In this document: positions 27,501 through 39,490 of the stretch, in pieces
How the letters are laid out: each line of letters starts with the position of its first letter
Numbering within the stretch: position 1 is the stretch's first letter
DNA from: Cystobasidiomycetes sp. EMM_F5
Taxonomy: Eukaryota
Length of the DNA stretch: 44,617 bases
Direction: 5' to 3'
NCBI GenBank assembly: GCA_051047955.1
Contig: JBPGPT010000061.1
Span: forward strand, 1 to 44,617
Notes under the pieces: model-generated
The model's input: only the letters and a program-made list of their open reading frames with translations
What the model was told of the DNA's origin: nothing
Databases searched by the model: none
Translations under genes and position numbers: made by a program

Positions 27501-28534
27501 AGTATCTTGATTCGAGACCAGAAGGACAATTTCTTCTCCGTTGTACTACTTTTACCGGGTAGCTGGCCATTTGTGGCAGTGCCGTTGCCAGGTTTTGCTG
27601 GTGAGCCAAACGTTCCATACCCATTGCCATTGCGGGGCGTGGCGGCACCGCTTGCGGTAGCGGACGATGAGCCTTGCTCTCTAGCCAGAGCACTGTACTC
27701 GTTTGGAAGATAGGTGGTTCGTTCCAGCCAGGAGGTCACGGACAGTGTCGCGAGGAGGAAGCAGAGGACTCGTAGTCCTAGCATAGATACGTGAGCGATT
27801 GTCCACCAGCCTAGACTGCCAGGACTTGACGGAACCGGATCTCCGCCGGTAAGTCGACTTCCACTGACTCCTATCCGACGAGCATCCACGTGTAGAACGC
27901 ATGCAATCACACCCAACAATGCTGTTTCTCCGGCAAAGAGTAGACCAGCCGTCATAAACGGGTAAGATCGTCGGAATTTACCGAGACCTGCGGTGCGTTC
28001 GTCGAATGCCATCGTGACTGTCCTCACTGCTACTGCGATGCTACACCCAACGAGATATAGCACTTCGTTACTCCACAGGCCATTATCAGAAGCAATTGGT
28101 TCCCACTGTCCAGAAACGATAGAGTGTGCGATAAGAATTGCTCCGTCGACGACGTAGGACAGGACGGCGAGTGCTAGAGCGGAATAGACGAGACCTCGTC
28201 GTATACTTTTGACAGGAACCACGACTGGCAGTATGCCATCCGCATCTGGAGGCAGGACGACGCGGTTACGGTCAGATGGGGCAGCGCGGTCAACGATGCG
28301 CTGATATCCTGAGCCGCTCTCGAGGAAGGAAGATCGCTCGAGTCTTGCAAACAGCCGTTTCAGTATGCGCCCAGATATATCGATGACGAGTAGCCCGAGC
28401 GATAGTGCCGGGAGCACGATACGGAGCAGGCCAACGCCAAATAGCAGTGCTTGACGTTTATCAGCTTCGCCGCTGTCGTCCAGGCTGCCATATCTGCTGC
28501 CCGCGAGCATGATTGGTATTTGGAGAAATAACAT
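24597..28534 (-). CDS. HMT1: HMT1/ABCB6-type half ABC transporter (heavy-metal tolerance), many small exons
   Basis: N-terminal membrane extension, [38 protein letters not shown], Walker [10 protein letters not shown], signature LSGGEKQR and Walker [10 protein letters not shown]. Start is either 28534 or 28510. Confidence 0.9.
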
Positions 28535-28615
28535 GATCTTCAGATTTGAAAACGTCGCTTTACTGCGTTCCGACAACCGCGACATCAACAACTATCGCGG
28601 ATTGCGACACGAGCC

Positions 28616-29404
28616 ATGTCCACGTCACCGCTCTCCATCATGCAGTCCACGCTCGACCTGCTCGGGCCATATCTTCCTTCCCCAGTCCGATGGTGCCTCT
28701 CCCTGTCACTGCGCTCGCTCTCGTCGCTTCCACCGAGCCTTGCCAACATTCTCCCGCTGCTGCTCTCTCTCTTTGCGCTCTACACCGCAGCCATGTCCAT
28801 GTACTCGACCGCGAGATACGCCTTCCGGACGACGTGGTTCCTCTTGAAGTGGGGAACCGTTGCGGCAGGCCTGGCTTACCTGATGGGAGGCGGACAGCAC
28901 GTCACAAGCACCCTAAGGGGAGCTGGTAGCTACGCAAACAGGCTGCACAACGGATACTACGGCTCTGCAGCCCAGAGAGGCTACAACAATGTAGGAGGAG
29001 GGTGGGGACAATATGCCACAGCAGCTGTAGTCAATGCACTGGGCGGTCAAGGCCGAGGCAATGGAGGCAATGATGATGGACTCTTTGGTTCTAGCGCTCC
29101 GTCGTCCCTCGGAGGCATTCTAAGCTATCTGCAAGATCCAGCAAGAGCGGTTGGCGACTTTGTGACCTACTTGGACATTCCCAACAGCAACAATGAGCAG
29201 AGTGGTACCGCATCTCGTACTCGCTCGCAGCGCAAAAGCAAGAAAGCGGAGCGAAGGAGCAATGAAGAGCTGAGCGAACAGCTGAGAAACGTCGGCAGTA
29301 CTGCAGCAGGATGGCTGTCGAGCGTGTTGAATTCGAACAAAGACAGGTGGAGTGAAAGTCGTGCAAGAGGTCGGCGAACGGACGAGACCTACGAAGGGAG
29401 GTGA
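28616..29404 (+). CDS. Single-exon membrane protein with two hydrophobic segments and a Gly/Asn-rich tail; possibly Apq12-like
   Basis: Intact 262-aa ORF. The segment ILPLLLSLFALYTAAMSMYSTARYAFRTTWFLLKWGTVAAGLAYL resembles the Apq12 TM-amphipathic-TM layout (inference). Confidence 0.6.
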   Translation: MSTSPLSIMQSTLDLLGPYLPSPVRWCLSLSLRSLSSLPPSLANILPLLLSLFALYTAAMSMYSTARYAFRTTWFLLKWGTVAAGLAYLMGGGQHVTSTLRGAGSYANRLHNGYYGSAAQRGYNNVGGGWGQYATAAVVNALGGQGRGNGGNDDGLFGSSAPSSLGGILSYLQDPARAVGDFVTYLDIPNSNNEQSGTASRTRSQRKSKKAERRSNEELSEQLRNVGSTAAGWLSSVLNSNKDRWSESRARGRRTDETYEGR

Positions 29405-29619
29405 AGTCCTTCACTCTTCATGTAGCATAGAAACTGAACAAAGACCGCGCGAAATCTGTTGTGGTCAATGGGGCAACAATCTCCACCCCATCACGAGTGT
29501 AATCCCCCAGAAAGCCTCGCTTTACGAAGTGTCGCTCCAAAGTATCGCGGCGATTTCAATATACTCGTTGTCGACATCCTGACATCGTTCTTTGAGCTTC
29601 CTACAACCGACAATAAAGC

Positions 29620-30891
29620 ATGACCAGCTCAGCAGGCCGCACGTTTGGAAGAATATTGGCAGAACGAGCGAGAGCTGCAGGAGTCGCGTATGGCGGCGGG
29701 AAACCTGGATCTGGTGGATCATCGGGCGGTGGAAATGGTGGTCCCCCAGTAGGCAGGATACTGGGCGGCGGTGGTGTTATCGCTGCGCTACTCGGTGGTG
29801 GACTGCTGCTCAACGCCAGCTTGTTCAATGGTGCGTAGAATATTTGGACTGCCCGAAAGGCTCAGTCCAGAGCTGTCGCGGCCTTTGCCAAAAATGCATC
29901 GAGGGCTGACATAACGGTCTTTATAATAGTCGATGGTGGTCATCGTGCAATCAAGTATTCAAGGCTCCATGGTGTCAAGCCCGAAGGTGCGACGCCTTGC
30001 GCTTGGCAGGATAATTACGGTGGTGTGGATCGCTGATGGCTAAAACGCCATATTTTACTCCGACAGTCTACCAAGAAGGAACGCATTTCGTGGTATGTCT
30101 AGTTCATCTCGGGACTAGATGAAAGTATTCTTTCGCTTATTCCCCTCCACAGCTTCCGTGGCTTGAATATCCTATTGTCTACGATGTCCGAGCAAAGCCA
30201 CGCAATATCGCTTCTCTAACCGGGACAAAGGACTTGCAGATGGTAAACATCACCTGTCGCGTACTCTCCAGACCGGCCGTGACGGAATTGGCAAACATCT
30301 ACCGCGAGCTCGGCCAAGATTATGATGAGCGGGTCTTGCCATCAATCGTCAACGAAGTTCTCAAAAGCGTCATTGCCCAATTCAATGCCTCACAACGTGC
30401 GTTTGGATTGCAATGCTCACTGCCCTTACATAAGCTGAATTCTGCAATCTGTAGTCATCACGCAGCGAGAAATGGTGTCACGTCTGATTCGCGAGAATCT
30501 GTCGAGAAGAGCATCGCGGTTCAACCTCGTGCTCGACGATGTCTCTCTCACGCACGTCGGCTTCTCGCCAGCCTTCACGGATGCCGTCGAAAGCAAGCAA
30601 ATTGCACAACAAACCGCGCAGCGGGCAGCTTTCCTAGTTGATCAAGCGATTCAAGAGAAGCAATCCATCATTGTTCGTGCTCAGGGTGAAGCCAAATCCG
30701 CAGAGCTCATCGGTGAAGCAGTCAAGCAAAACAAGGGTTTCCTTGCGCTCCGAAGATTGGAGGCGGCACGAGAAATCGCAGACCTCGTCTCAAAGTCTGG
30801 TAACAGAGTCATTCTCGATGCCGATTCCTTGATGCTCAACGTCAGCAAGGACGACATTGTAGAGCCGGCAGTGAAGGCTGGGAGGCGGTGA
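29620..30891 (+). CDS. PHB2: Prohibitin-2 (SPFH domain), multi-exon
   Basis: [77 protein letters not shown] and [30 protein letters not shown]. Confidence 0.95.
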
Positions 30892-31109
30892 ACATTAGGT
30901 GTCGCAAATGGCCCGTCATACTCGAGCGCAATGATGTACAAAATAGGATTGCCGGGCAGTGTGTTGAATCTCCCCAATTTGATTGCAAAACAACGTCCGC
31001 ATTACCAAACCTACAAAAGGACTTCCCAAATCACTTTCTGACCTCAGTTCCCCATATCTTCTGCATAAGTCCCAAAGCATGTTCACGCTACCAATTTGTC
31101 ATTGACTGT

Positions 31110-31794
31110 TCAGGCCGCAACAAACTTCCACTTCTGGTTGTCGGACGTAGTCGGAGTCTGGAATTGTAGATCGCCGTTTGGCATTCGCTGCACATTCCGG
31201 TTACCGACGACTTCGGATATGGTGCAGCCGCTTGCGATTGTAGCACCGGTTGCCGCGACAGCTCCAGGAGCGGCACACGTTGTGCAGACGATATTGTAGC
31301 TGGGGTTATTTCTGACGCAAGGCAAGCAGTATCAGCTATGCAGATGAGATTGGCTCGGGATTGTGCTGATCTCACCCAGACCAGTTGACTGCAGTCAGCT
31401 GCAGCTTGCCTTGAGCGTCTTGACCAACAACCAGGTTGTTTGCAGCCGCGCCGAAGAGGCTGTCCGAGTGACGCTGTTAGCGCAGGATTCCACAAGAAGA
31501 GGCTTATACGGACCGAGCATTGTAATAGCCTGCCACGGAGCCATCCATAGGCCACAAGAAGCTCGCAGCTTCAGCGTGAGATGGAAGATTGTTGGTAACG
31601 TAGGTGCCAACGTTTGCGTTGGACGGTACTGTCCACGTGTATTGATTTGGAAGAAGAGAATAGAGCTTGACTGCAGAGCCCTGGAAATTAGGCTTGCATG
31701 TCACCACCTGACGTTCGACCATATCTGCCGCTGGAACAGGAGATGCTGCGACGCTAGCAATGAGTCCGAAGAGCGGGACGATGTATGATTTCAT
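31110..31794 (-). CDS. Small secreted Cys-containing protein (~190 aa, 3 exons), possibly beta-trefoil/lectin-like
   Basis: Signal peptide MKSYIVPLFGLIASVAASP, a propeptide ending in ER, then TCKPNFQG...IVCTTC...SGCTI...NQKWKF. Two GT-AG introns join the ORFs in frame. Confidence 0.75.
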
Positions 31795-32615
31795 GGTTGG
31801 TTGAGAGATGCAAAGGTGGATAGCTCGTGAGGTGAATTGAAAGACACGGTGTGTGAATACAGAAAGAGAAGAGAAGAATTGCCTCCACGCTCAGCTGCAT
31901 ATACATAGCCATGGCACTGCCTGCGCCGTGAGACCCGGGTTTACGGTCACTGTCGGACAGTACAGTAGGCTCCGCGTCAGACAATGCACCGCTACGGTAC
32001 GGCACGACAAGGTCAGCTGGTCGTACGAGGCAGAAGGTAAGCGGTGCTAGCAGAACCCTTTGTGGGGAAACGACTCGTCTCGGTCAAGAGCGGGAAAACG
32101 GAGGACGTGAGGATTGATTAGCGGACGAGCATTATACTGAGATACGTGTGAGTGTGGTGGTCGTCAAGTGTGCGAGCGAGTGTGAATCGCATCTCGTCAA
32201 CTCGAGTTCATCTTTGAACGTTGGGACCCACCAACCGGCAGAAGACGTGACGGACGAGCACACGAATGCACCACTCATGATGAACGATGGAGGCACAATG
32301 GCCAGCTCCTCGCTTGACCATCGTTGCTGGGACTGACGTGACGATGGAAAGGACGCATGGTCAAGCAACCACACCATGCGCTGAGGCAAACACCTGCTCT
32401 TCGGGCAGCAAACAAAGCCACGCTGGTCCCATCGCCGCGACTGACTGTGCTCGCAGTCAGCTGATGCCTGACCTGTTGTTTACATACCTTCAACCCCTGA
32501 CTCTTGAAGGCATTTCGCTGACATTGACATACTTCAAACAAATTGCGACAGCAGGACAGCAGTGTGGTTTGTCTTCCGCTCTTAAGTTACCGCTTGCCGC
32601 CTCAAGATCGCTACC

Positions 32616-34155
32616 ATGAACACCGCGACCAACAGCCCCACTGAAGAAAAGCTCGAGGGCGACCACGACCTCCCGACGTGCACAAACGATGAGAAGAAGC
32701 TCCCCAAGCGAGTGCCTGTTGTCTATCAGATGAAGAAATCCACAAAATGGTTCACCCGGTCGACCGTCGGTCAGATTCTTCTCTTCACAATCACCGTCGG
32801 ATGCACGGTTGCATCAATCATCGGCACATACCTCGCGTACGACTCGCAGATCACAAAGCTCGATACTACGGTCATCATTAGCGAGGTAGCAAGAAGGACT
32901 GGTGGCATAGTCCTAGTCGGATCAATGCAGAGTATTGACCCCGTCGCTCAGACTGCGAGCATTCTATTCGATATCGAGGGCTACGGCAACTATGCTACAT
33001 CAGGCAATTATTCGGATGTCAATGTCAACTTCGACATATTCGCGGAGGGAGGGAAGACGCCTGTCATGTCTTACAACACCACCCTTGCGGATTATGGCCT
33101 ACGCCAAACGGTCTCTTTCAAGATGCCCTTGACAGGCCTCACTCGTAACGACAAGGACTATCAAGCTGCGCAGCGGAGACCCACACTGGTCAACTGTCAG
33201 TCATGCTAACAAAATGTCACGCGCGCGCTCCAGCAGCACTTAGCAACTGACACGAGAGATTTGCTCCGCATATTGCAGATCCTTTCGATTCCTACTCAGC
33301 GGACGTGTCGATGGCTGCGCGAATCACTTCAACCAACGGCACCATTCCCTTTTTCAACACAACGATGTATGGCAACGTTCAAGGTTGGGTAACCAGGTCC
33401 TTCCAAGTCAATAGCAGTTACGCAAGTGCAAATGGATACATCACCGAAGAAGGAATGTATATGCAGTTCGAGTTCCAGCGCGCAGCAGCCATTGTAAGCA
33501 ATTCCCAATAACGTGGCGCTCTCATCTGAGTGCCTTACTGCTCGACATTATAGCAAGCCTTCGCGATTATCATGGCAGTGGTCATGTACGTTACCGTTAC
33601 CATCGTCTACAAATTATAAGCCACTGACGCTGATACAATTAAACGAACAGGTGGCTGGTGACTCTGATGTACGGTATTTTCCGGATTCGTTCGTAACGGA
33701 CTACGTTAACGTGTCTTGTACATGCGCACGCAGAGTTCTGTACTTGACGCTGTTAGGAACGATATACAGCTACAATCTTCCACCGCCATTCATCATCGTG
33801 CCTGGTAGGTCACAACTACACCGCTCATCCGTCTACCTCCAGCGCTAATGACGGTCGTCTAGTCACCGTGCTCTTCGCCCTGCCAGGTATTCGAGGCATT
33901 ATGCCAGCTGTCCCAGCTTTCGGCGTAAGTGTACATCGGCCTCGAACCGTAAAATCAGGCTGACGCAAACCGCATCAACAGACATACCTTGACGTTTGCA
34001 GTATCCTCCTTTGCGAGCTGATTGTCAGCTTGTCATTTGTACTACTCAGCTTGAATGTAGGTTGGTCATGCTCTACGCGTGTCCCGCGCTGACGTTGCAT
34101 TTAGTATGTGATGCGCATCGGTCTTCCAAGATTTGCAAAGACGCACGCGGCGTGA
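32616..34155 (+). CDS. DUF4436-like multi-pass membrane protein, multi-exon
   Basis: N-terminal TM, SIDPVAQTASI, spliced YPFDSYSAD, FQRAAAI followed by TM helices, and VTVLFALPGIRGIMPAVPAFGTYLD, a pattern typical of DUF4436. Confidence 0.7.
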
Positions 34156-34703
34156 TGAAGTGTTGGACAGTCTCGCCGTGTCGAGTCGAGATGAACGCTG
34201 TAACCGCTTTCATCAAAAGGGCCCAGTTGTGCTGTACATGAAGATATCACATTGCGCTGAGGAAGTAAGGCGCGCATGCGTCTGGAAACAAGTTGCTCTC
34301 AGTGGAAGTGAACACTGCACGACATGAATAAGTAGCGGCACGCAAGAACGGAATGAGTAGTCTTGGTTGGCACGATTATTGAGTGTTGTAAGAGCATTGA
34401 AATGTCAGCTATTCCATCGCTCACATCAGCATCGACCATCATCCGGCATATTGTGAGAGCGGTTGCTGTACTACATTCTGCTGCTTTGAATGTTAGCTTG
34501 ACTAGATACTGTCCGTACGCCAGTACAGTGCAGCTGAGAGGGAAATTGGCAAGCCGTCTCCCTTAGTTCGGTTGTTAGAGAAGGGTAGAATAAGTACAGA
34601 GGCAGCTGCGAGCTGAGATGCATCACTACTATACAGGGATCGGAAGCCTGCGCTTCTGCCAGCCAAGTATTCCAGAAGTGAACGGGACTTTACACCTTGA
34701 TAT

Positions 34704-35554
34704 TCATGAAGGCCTTTGTACGTCCACGTAACTGCCTGTCCCAGAGCTTGCTTGGCTGTTCGGACCTGAGCCCTCCTCATCATCTCTTGCCGTTGCTCTG
34801 CTTCCGCTTGTGTTTCCGGCCGGTGTGCTATCAGTGTCGATCTCTTCGAGTATTGCGCCCCCAGATGGTCCACTGTTGCCGCTTACGCTCAATCGCAGAG
34901 CTTCGACAATCATCAATACGACTTCTTGCGGCTGAGTGCGAGAGTAGATCATCATGAGTTCCTGTATGCGGATCCAGGAGAATCAGCGCTCTTGGCCAAA
35001 ACAATTGGCCTCTCGACACCAGTGACCTACCTCCGGATTGGGATAGACTTGCATAGCTCTGAAGAAATGAATAGTCGCGGGAACGTAGAAGTCGGGGCCT
35101 TTGTACAATGGCATTTGCCTTTTAGCATTACTGGCCGAAATTTAGGCAGTCGAAAGACTTACCGCGAGCAGCGAGAGCTTCGCCGGATGCGACTTGCTCT
35201 AGGAAGTGCGCCTCCCGCTCCTCCAGGCTTGTCGGCAGCCGTTCCCTGACAATTTGACGGACCGCTTGCGCCAACCGCTGTGTTTGCGCAACCCTCTCCT
35301 GGGCTGTTGCCTGCTGAGACGCCCGTTCGACTTTGCGTCGCTCTCTGACTGCGTCCAGGCAGCGTTTCGAAGACATCGAGATTTGCGTTGCTCAGCGTTG
35401 GCCATCTGTTGTACTCTAGCGACCTACGAATCTGCCGCCGGAACGCAGGATCGTTTCGACGCTTGTAGTCAAAGTAGACGGCGTAGGCAACGCCAGCACC
35501 CGCCAGCGATGCGACTGTCGCTCCTGCTACTAATTGTGGTGTAATCTTGACCAT
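34704..35554 (-). CDS. TOM20: Mitochondrial import receptor Tom20, 4 exons
   Basis: TM anchor then YAVYFDYKRRNDPAFRRQI, REAHFLEQVASGEALAAR and FFRAMQVYPNPEELMMIYSRTQP. Confidence 0.92.
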
Positions 35555-36711
35555 GCTTGCAGTCGGAGTGAGACGATGCCTAAGGCGAATGAATGTGGAG
35601 GCAATCAAAAAGTTGATGGATGGTGACAACATATGCCGACATGCGCATGACAGTACAAACTACAACGCATGCAAAGGGAAAGCTTCACAAGTGCTATTCG
35701 CATGTCCCAATTCAAGCGCACGCCTATTAACGTCGAGATCCGTGCTTCAACCTCCTTTGACAATGTCGAGCCATGCTCTACTCATGGGTTTTGCGTCCTT
35801 CGAGGAATAATAGGTCGCCTCCACCATATGTGACGCAGATGTACTCTGTTCACACAGTAGGTACTCGACAAACGTGGCTTGAAGTTGTGGATCTACCTAT
35901 TACCTAGACTTGGTTCGGAGAGCAGATGCACGCCTTTGTACTTGCAACTTGACAGATCAGTGACTGCTACCGGATAGAAAGACCATAATGTGATCAGTAC
36001 AGTCCTGTAACGGGGTAGTATCCGCGATGACTGAATCTTGTTGTGAGACGATCTCTGTCGTAACGAAATACCAACCCCCACACCTTAGTCCGCAGGTTGC
36101 TATCTAGTCCATGCATTACAATGAGTACGTGCTTTCGGGAGATGGTTCATGATAGAAGAAAAGAAGAAGTGGCGTTTCAATGATGAGAGGGATTGCAAGG
36201 ATGATGCCGTTCACATGAGTGTCTCTAAGGGAACATCAGAAAGTATCGCAAGCGCCAGAAATCAAGGGCTCGCGTCTGTCGTACTTCGCTCGTCAACTAG
36301 GCAGTAGGTTAGTCAGGACGAGCCGATACGACGATGTAGGTAGAGAGAGGGCGCCAAGTCTGTCGTATTAACGTGTTATGAGGGCACGTGAAGCGTAGTA
36401 TCTTACACATGTTGCCTCGGAGATATCATTCCTCATCGTTTAGACTGAGCCTCGTGTGGAGACTGGTGTTTTTAGGGTCCTCTCGCCAGACCCAGGCGGT
36501 GAAGTGCTATCATCTTGTGGATACAGCTGAATGAGCAGCATGTGCTTGTTTAACGCAAGTCTCCTCAGCATCGCTACTTGTGCAGTCATTCGTCGTCGAC
36601 TGCCCACCCAACTCTGATTGTAGCGCTGCTCCGACCCAACGCACTGAAGTCTGATACAGAAGCGGAGCCATCAGCATCAGCTGTCAGCTGTCAGCCCGTC
36701 AGCAGGCAACA

Positions 36712-38216
36712 ATGTCTGAAGGACTGAGCAGGCGGCGCGGTCGCGGTGGAGGGGGCAGCGAGCAGGACGACGGCAGTCAGCAGCAAGGGCTGGGCGGGAG
36801 CAGCAGCAGGGATGCAGCGGCAGGCGGGCCATCGTCGCCCAAGCATGCCCAGGACGGCGTCATGGACGGCGGACGGAGAGCTGGCAACAAGGCCGGCGGA
36901 TCCAGCGTGAATGGCACGGCAGTAGCCTCGACGTCGAATGCAGCTGGCAAGAGCCACAAGATTGCCTACGATCCCAAGGACATGGACGAGCGGTCCGAGG
37001 AGGCAGAGCTGCCAAAACTTACCCTGATGGAAGAGATCCTGCTCCTCGGTGAGCTCATCAGAAAGGACTTCGATGGCAGCGGGATTGACTGACGCGACGT
37101 CTGTACGCGAATAGGTCTCAAGGACAAACAGGTACGATTCTATAAGCTATCGCAAAACGGCCTTACTGATGTGGGGATACTGTGTTGGTTGCCTCAACAG
37201 GGCTACCTGAGGTGAGGCGCACTGGGAATGGCAGCACGGTACGCACGGCTTATAACCATAGCTTCTCAAACACAGCTTCTGGAACGACAATATCTCTTAC
37301 ACTCTCCGTGGCTGTATCGTCCTGGAGCTAGCACTACGACATAGAATAGCAGTGGTCAAGGATCCAAACAGGCGACGGTTTCCCCTTGCAGACAGGTAGT
37401 CTAGACATGATCAGTCTTACCGATGATACTGCAGCGCTCATAATGCTTGCTTGCCAGATATATTGAAGTCATAGATGAGCGAATGACCGGGGAGGTCCTG
37501 CTAGACGAAGCCCTCAAAATGATGAAAGTTAGCGAGAGAATGAGCATAGGGAGCTGGGTTGACTTGATGAGCGGTACGTGTATAGACATGCGACACATCT
37601 TTCCAGCATACTGAAGGGACGATACGCAGGCGAAACTTGGAATGTCATGAAGATTGGATATCAACTAAAACAAGTACGCGAAAGGCTTGCAAAGGGACTA
37701 GTCGATAAGGGGGTACTACGCACAGAAAAGAAGAACTTTCTCCTCTTCGACATGGCTACCCATCCCGTGGCGGATCCAACTTTTAAAGACGACGTCTTGC
37801 GTCGCGTGCTCAATCTACTCGCAGCACGCACAGCGGCTGTGCCCTCATCATCTCTGTATCCCGAAACAGTCCGCTATCGTACCATTCGCGCAGTCAGCAT
37901 GGTATGCGCCTCATTCGCAGCCAATGTCCTTGAAAACGCCCTCGTTCACCTATCCTACGATCAACGCGAAGCAGCATTTGCAAAGTGCGACGAATTGTTA
38001 CAAGAATTCTCGCAATGGCCTTTCGGCAAAGTCACATCGGGACCGGTTGTTGTCGGTCAAACAAACACCACAGCGAATGCAGACGCTACAGCAGAGGCGA
38101 ATCTAGCCGAGATTTCGCGAATGGCCAGAGTCGAAGCAAGTCAGGGAAATGAATTGCACCTCGAAGTCGTGGCGGGTGTCATCTCGATTCTATCCAGGAT
38201 GGATAGTCTGCTATGA
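36712..38216 (+). CDS. VPS74: Vps74/GOLPH3 (GPP34) Golgi phosphoprotein, multi-exon
   Basis: [10 protein letters not shown]-terminus, [36 protein letters not shown] and [46 protein letters not shown]. Confidence 0.95.
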
Positions 38217-38458
38217 GCAGATGGTTGCGCATTGCGCTTCGCCTTGCGCGACTGGCGCACAGCAGTGCTATTATGCAGTTATATGTCTGACGGTTTTGCT
38301 TGTTGTATGTATGCCTATTTAATGACGAGGACAACTTGCCAAAGGTTCAGGCATGACGTCTTCACAATGTCGCAGAAGCTGCAATGGCAGAATATGCGTA
38401 GGCGACATTGGCAGCGTAGAGTTCTGTGCACGCGGATGGAAGTGTGAAGCAACTAGCC

Positions 38459-39490
38459 CTAAGCCTTACTTTTGAGCTTGATGCCAAGTAAACTCGACCC
38501 AGTCCCCTTTTGCTTCTTCTTCGGTAGAGGCGGAGGCTTGAAAGTGATGGAGTCTGCAATCTTTCTGGCCTCTTCCGAGAGAAGTGACCTCGCGTCCGGT
38601 TCAATATCATCCAACTTCCGCTTCACAGAAGGTCCTGTCGGTATTGGCGTCTTGGACGAACTGCTGGCTGTTTCTGAAGAAGAGGCTGCTGCATTGGACG
38701 AAGGCCCAGCCAGCGGCACGTCCTCAGCTATGTCACCATTGTCTTCGGCCATCTCTGCTGGCAACTCGATATCGGGCATTGGTACGACTCCGCGGGCAAA
38801 ATGCTTGCGGACCAGCTCTTCGTCCTCCTCTTCCGCCTGTAGGCGCGCAATCTCTGCCAACCGCTCCTCCTCGTCCATAAGTATTGGATCTCTTCGTGAG
38901 CTGACTCGTTCGAGGACGGCATCCGAGTCTGCTCGTTCCAGTCTCGCATTACGTCCTCGGATCTCCTGCAGCTTGTCGAGAATGTCCATCTCCCGTTTGC
39001 TGTCGACTGTCCGCGTCTCCAACGCCTTCATGGGATCCTTCTCCTCCTCTGCCTCCAAGCGAAGTAGCCGCTCCTCTTCCGTCTCCTCACCGACCGTTTC
39101 TCGCCAGGGCTCGAAATTACGCTGCGCTCCATGCTCACATACGTAGTCGGTGTTCTTAGGGTCAGTCTTGAAGGTAATCTCTGCTGAACATCGCGTGCAC
39201 TTTATGTAGAATCTGAAGATGCGAATGCCATAGTACGTCTCCGTCTCGACAGTCTCCTTTCTGGCGTTGAATTTCTTGCCCTTGTAGATGTACTCTGCGC
39301 AGGTGCTGTAGATGACAGATCAGCATGCAGTGCATACTATGAACTAAGCGCGTACTCACTTGCACTTCATGCTGAACGGCGCCATGAGTCGAACAACCTG
39401 CTGCTTATTCTCCCGCCGTTTGCCTCGCGGGATCTTTGACGGGTCAAAGTCTGGCGGAAAGTACTTTTGGATGACCTTGCGTTCCGACAT
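38459..39490 (-). CDS. YJU2: Splicing factor Yju2/Cwc16 (CCDC94), one intron
   Basis: [87 protein letters not shown] and [27 protein letters not shown]. Confidence 0.95.

Noticed and set aside
36385..36410. AAGCGTAGTATCT resembling U2 snRNA
   Set aside because: The U2 5' stem (CGGCCTTTTGGCTAAGATC) and the downstream GTTCT are absent.
38472..39146. 224-aa ORF antisense to YJU2 (and similar antisense ORFs at 21288-21962, 24016-24600 and within Tra1)
   Set aside because: Shadow ORFs explained by codon bias of the real genes on the other strand.
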